Positions 31,510-35,509 of a DNA stretch of 35,509 nt are shown here, one piece after another. Source of the DNA: Dicyema japonicum. Taxonomy: Eukaryota > Animalia > Dicyemida. The translations under genes and the position numbers were made by a program. Every line of letters starts with the position of its first letter. The first letter of the stretch is position 1. Under the pieces are notes generated by a model. That model made no database searches. It had not been told where the DNA came from and saw nothing but the letters and a program-made list of their open reading frames with translations. The stretch covers positions 559,989-595,497 of the forward strand of contig RDEW01000013.1 in assembly GCA_011109175.1 (NCBI GenBank), in the 5' to 3' direction.

Positions 31510-34406
31510 ATAGTTATGGTATGCATTACATGATCTATTCATTTTAATGAATACCATTAAAAATTCTTGATCATTTTATTATGTAATAAGTTTTTCAAAA
31601 CTACTTGTAATTGATATGCTATAGGTTGTTTTCACATTAATCTATTCAATTAAAGATTTAAGATCATTACATGATCAAGGATAGTTATTCTACACTATTA
31701 TTGACTTGATGAGCACTATATCAATTATCAATATTATTGTAATGAATTAGATAATTATGTTTATTACACAATGACTAAAGGTACTACTTGAGACTTGATA
31801 CACTTTTTAGTCATGCTACACTAGATCCCAATTGTATGATTTGCATTACAAGTGATATACATATTATTGAATACCATTTGAAATTCTTGATCATTTTATT
31901 ATGTAATAAGTTATTCAACCTACTTGATCTTTATGCAATTTAGGTTTTTTCCATAAGATGTATTCTATTCGAGAGATTCAAGATCAATACATGATCAAGG
32001 ATAGTTATTCTACACTTTTTGTGACTTGGCATAGATTTTATTTTCGATACAAATTTTTTTATTAAGTTATTGATTTCATGTTGTAATAAGTTATTCAACC
32101 TACTTGTTGATCGTTATGCAATTTAGGTTTTTTCAACAAGATGTATTCTATTCGAGAGATTCAAGATCATTACATGATCAACGATAGTTATTCTACTATT
32201 TGTGACTTGGCATATATTATATTTTCTTCCTATTAATTTTATTGAGTTATTGATTACATTATACAATAAGTTATTCAACCTACTTGATCGTTATGCAATT
32301 TAGGTTTTTAACAAAATGTATTCTATTCGAGAGATTCAAGATCATTACATGATCAACGATAGTTATTCTACCCTTTTTTGACTTGGCATAGATTATATTT
32401 TCTATCCAATTAATTTATTAAGTTATTGATTACATTATATAATAAGTTATTCAACCTACTTGATCGTTATGCAATTTAGGTTTTTTAACAAGATGTATTC
32501 TATTCGAGAGATTCAAGATCATTACAAGATTGAGGATAGTTACACTTCACGATTCGTGACTTGATCTGCACTAAAGCAGTTATCAATATTATTGTAATGA
32601 ATTAGATCATTATGATTATTACACAATGACTAAAGGTATTCTAATACTTGAGACTCGATACACTATTTTGTCATACTAAACTATATCCCAAATACTATGA
32701 TTTGCATTACAAGTGATATACATATTATTGAATAACATTTGAAAATCTTGATCATTTTATTATGTAATAAGTTATTCAACCTACTTGATCGTTATGCAAT
32801 TTAAGTTTTTAACAAAATGTATTCTATTTGAGAGATTCAAGATCATTACATGAGCAACGATAGTTATTCTACACTTTTTGTAACTTGGCATAGATTATAT
32901 TTTCTATCCTATTAATTTATTAAGTTATTGATTACATTATGTAATAAGTTATTCAACCTACTTGATTGTTATGCAATTTACGTTTTTTCAACAAGATGTA
33001 TTCTATTAGAGAGATTCGAGATCATTACTCTACACGATTCGTAACTTGATATGCACTTAAGCAGTTATCAATATTATTGTAATGAATTAGATAATTATGA
33101 TTATTACACAATGACTAAAGGTACTACTTGAGACTTGATACACTTTTTTGTCAAACTAAACTAGATCCCAATTGTATGATTTGCAATACAAGTGATATAC
33201 ATATTATTGAATACCATTTGAAATTCTTGATCATTTTATTATGTAATACGTTATTCAACCTACTTGATCATTATGCAATTTAGGTTATTTAACAAGATGT
33301 ATTCTATTCGAGAGATTCAAGATCATTACATGATTCAGGATAGTTACTCTACACGATTCGTGACTTGATATGCACTAAAGCAGTTATCAATATTATTGTA
33401 ATGAATTAGATAATTATGATTATTACACAATGACTAAAGATTTTCTACTACTTGATACACTTTTTTGTCAAACTAAACTAGATCCCAATTGTATGATTTG
33501 CATTACAAGTGATATACATATTATTGTATAACATTTGAAATTCTTGATCATTTTATTATGTAATAAGTTATTCAACCTACTTGATCGTTATGCAATTTAG
33601 ATTATTCAACAAGATGTATTCTATTAGAAAGATTCAACATCATTACATGATCAACGAAAGTTAGTCTACACGAGTCTTGATTTGATGTGCAGAATATCAT
33701 TTATCAATAATATTGTAATGAATTAGATAATTATGATTATTACACAATGACTAAAGGTATTCTACTACTTGATACACTTTTTTGTCATAATACACTAGAT
33801 CCCAAATAGTATAGTATGCATTACAAGTTATATACATAATAATGAATAGCATTTTAAATTCTTGATCATTTTATTATGTAATAAGTTATTCAACCTACTT
33901 GATCGTTATGCAATTTAGGTTATTTAACAAGATGTATTCTATTCGAGAGATTCAAGATCATTACATGATTCACGAAAGTTACTCTACACGATTCGTGACT
34001 TGATGTGCACTAAAGCAGTTATCAATATTATTGTAATGAATTAGATAATTATGATTATTACACAATGACTAAAGATTTTCTACTACTTGATACACTTTTT
34101 TGTCAAACTAAACTAGATCCCAATTGTATGATTTGCAATACAAGTGATATACATATTATTGTATACCATTTGAAATTCTTGATCATTTTATTATGTAATA
34201 CGTTATTCAACCTACTTGATCGTTATGCAATTTAGGTTATTTAACAAGATGTATTCTATTCGAGAGATTCAAGATCATTACATGATTCAGGATAGTTACT
34301 CTACACGATTCGTGACTTGATATGCACTAAAGCAGTTATCAATATTATTGTAATGAATTAGATAATTATGATTATTACACAATGACTAAAGGTACTACTT
34401 GAGACT
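31510..34406. repeat. AT-rich satellite array (second copy)
   Basis: Core spacings read off the sequence are about 180, 180, 176, 325, 177, 302, 317, 318 and 317 bp. Confidence 0.95.
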
Positions 34407-35509
34407 GGTTAACGAGACACCATATGTCTTCTGTTTAACGAGACACCATATGTCTTCCTCTTTGAATTATTGACCCCTTGCATCCAACAAGAATTATTTT
34501 TCAAGAGGTGCAATATTTCTTCAATGGATCTTGCACGTCTCTCATCACTAGGCAGTAATTTAGACTTTGAATCAAGTCCATATGCCAGTTTAATAAAATA
34601 TCTCCTTGATTTATCGAGAAGCTCTACAAGAGTACTTCTCTCATCATTTTCAAACCATCTTTGGAAGCCATAAATCAAGAATGGTTCTATACAAGCTGTT
34701 ACACATAAAGAAAAGTTTCCGGACTCAATTGGAAACGTAGAAGCGATTTCGACATTGCCATAGCTTTTTTCCTTTTTTTTGATATAATTAATGAAGGAAC
34801 CCTTCGAGTTGACACAAACACCGAGATATTGTAACTGTTCCATGCATTTAATCGCTCCAGTATTAATACAAATCTTTGATTTTTCTTGTAATTCACAATC
34901 CATGAAGTAGTACACTTTTCAAGAGATAAACCTTCATCTCAGCATTTAATTTTTCTATATGTGTTGAAACACGTTTTCAAGAAATCGATCTATTAATACT
35001 AAGATCGAGCAAAAGAACATCATCGGCATAAATAAGCATTTTCAAATTTAAGTGTTCAAACTTCGAGTTGTCACACATACGCATTTGAATAAGAGGGGAC
35101 TTAAGACAGACCCTTGTGGAACCCTTCTTTTCAACAAAATTTTCCACGATCTATGATCTCCAACACGTATAAAAGATTTTCTACCAGAGAGAAAATCCTT
35201 CATCCACACTAGAGCCTTGCTCCCAGCATTAAAATTTGACAAGTTTTCAATAACCCAGCATGCCAATCACTATCAAAAGCCTTTAATATGTCTAGACATA
35301 CGGCCGTAAGACATTCTCTATTCTTCTTAGCAACACATATAAAATTTGATATTATTGAGAAACAATTTCCAGTCCTTCTAGTGGGCGAAAACCCACCTTT
35401 CATCGAGAAGAAAATTGTTATTTTCAATATACTTTGATAATCTGTTGAAAATGATTTTTTCCATGATTTTCGATATACTGGATATCAGGCTATAGTTCTC
35501 TGGTACTGC
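34407..35509 (-). mobile_element. APE-class LINE, copy C (more diverged, runs off the window)
   Basis: GFSPTRRT, CLDILKAFDS, VPQGSVLSPLLF, IYADDV, QYLGV and the same C-terminus as copies A and B. Confidence 0.88.

Larger units (their letters stand above)
18133..34406. repeat. Tandem segmental duplication, unit ~7.75 kb (18133-26653 and 26654-34406)
   Basis: The same order (LINE RT, RLE element, unique DNA, MULE remnant, satellite) occurs twice with high identity. The identical satellite/LINE junction GAGACT|GGTTAACGAGACACC lies at 26654 and 34407, 7753 bp apart. Confidence 0.92.

Noticed and set aside
33223-33540. Satellite as a cryptic coding repeat read with reassigned stops (TGA/TGG alternate at one homologous position; some variants look synonymous)
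   Set aside because: About one codon in ten is a stop in the best frame, roughly what this AT content gives by chance. The long RT ORF and the host gene show the standard code, and GT-AG pairs are too common here to justify ad hoc introns.
23790-34406. Satellite arrays as a CRISPR array
   Set aside because: There are no unique spacers: the whole monomer repeats with drift. No cas genes are present and the context is eukaryotic.
111-35427. Numerous 60-100 aa ORFs antisense to or overlapping TE coding regions (e.g. 3758-4546, 18991-19275, 27538-27822, 23160-23357)
   Set aside because: They are explained as reverse or shifted frames of retrotransposon sequence and have no independent motifs.

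Overview
AT-rich eukaryotic nuclear DNA in the standard genetic code, made almost entirely of nested, mostly decayed transposable elements. No prokaryotic operon, CRISPR array or rRNA was seen. The left half (1-17.7 kb) is a stack of mostly plus-strand non-LTR retrotransposons: RLE-type R4/Dong-like, one RTE-like 3' end, and several APE-RT Ingi/Vingi-like copies. It also holds a tRNA-derived SINE whose 3' tail matches the adjacent RTE-like LINE, two Ginger/TDD-like integrase DNA transposons interrupted by 23-29 nt GT-AG introns (one with both TIRs and a 5-bp TSD), and one apparently intact host gene (ZCCHC10-like, 22-nt intron) that the ORF track misses. Two divergent Ingi/Vingi-like elements start with a conserved, covarying pseudoknot resembling an HDV-like ribozyme, and one of them encodes a 2A ribosome-skipping motif just before its endonuclease. 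The right half (18.1-35.5 kb) is a tandem duplication of a ~7.75 kb unit (LINE RT, deleted RLE element, unique DNA, MULE remnant, ~2.9 kb higher-order satellite) with a chimeric LINE at the junction. Two N positions flanked by duplicated sequence suggest local assembly artefacts. All coordinates, alignments and folds were done by eye; clade names are from motif recall and need database confirmation.
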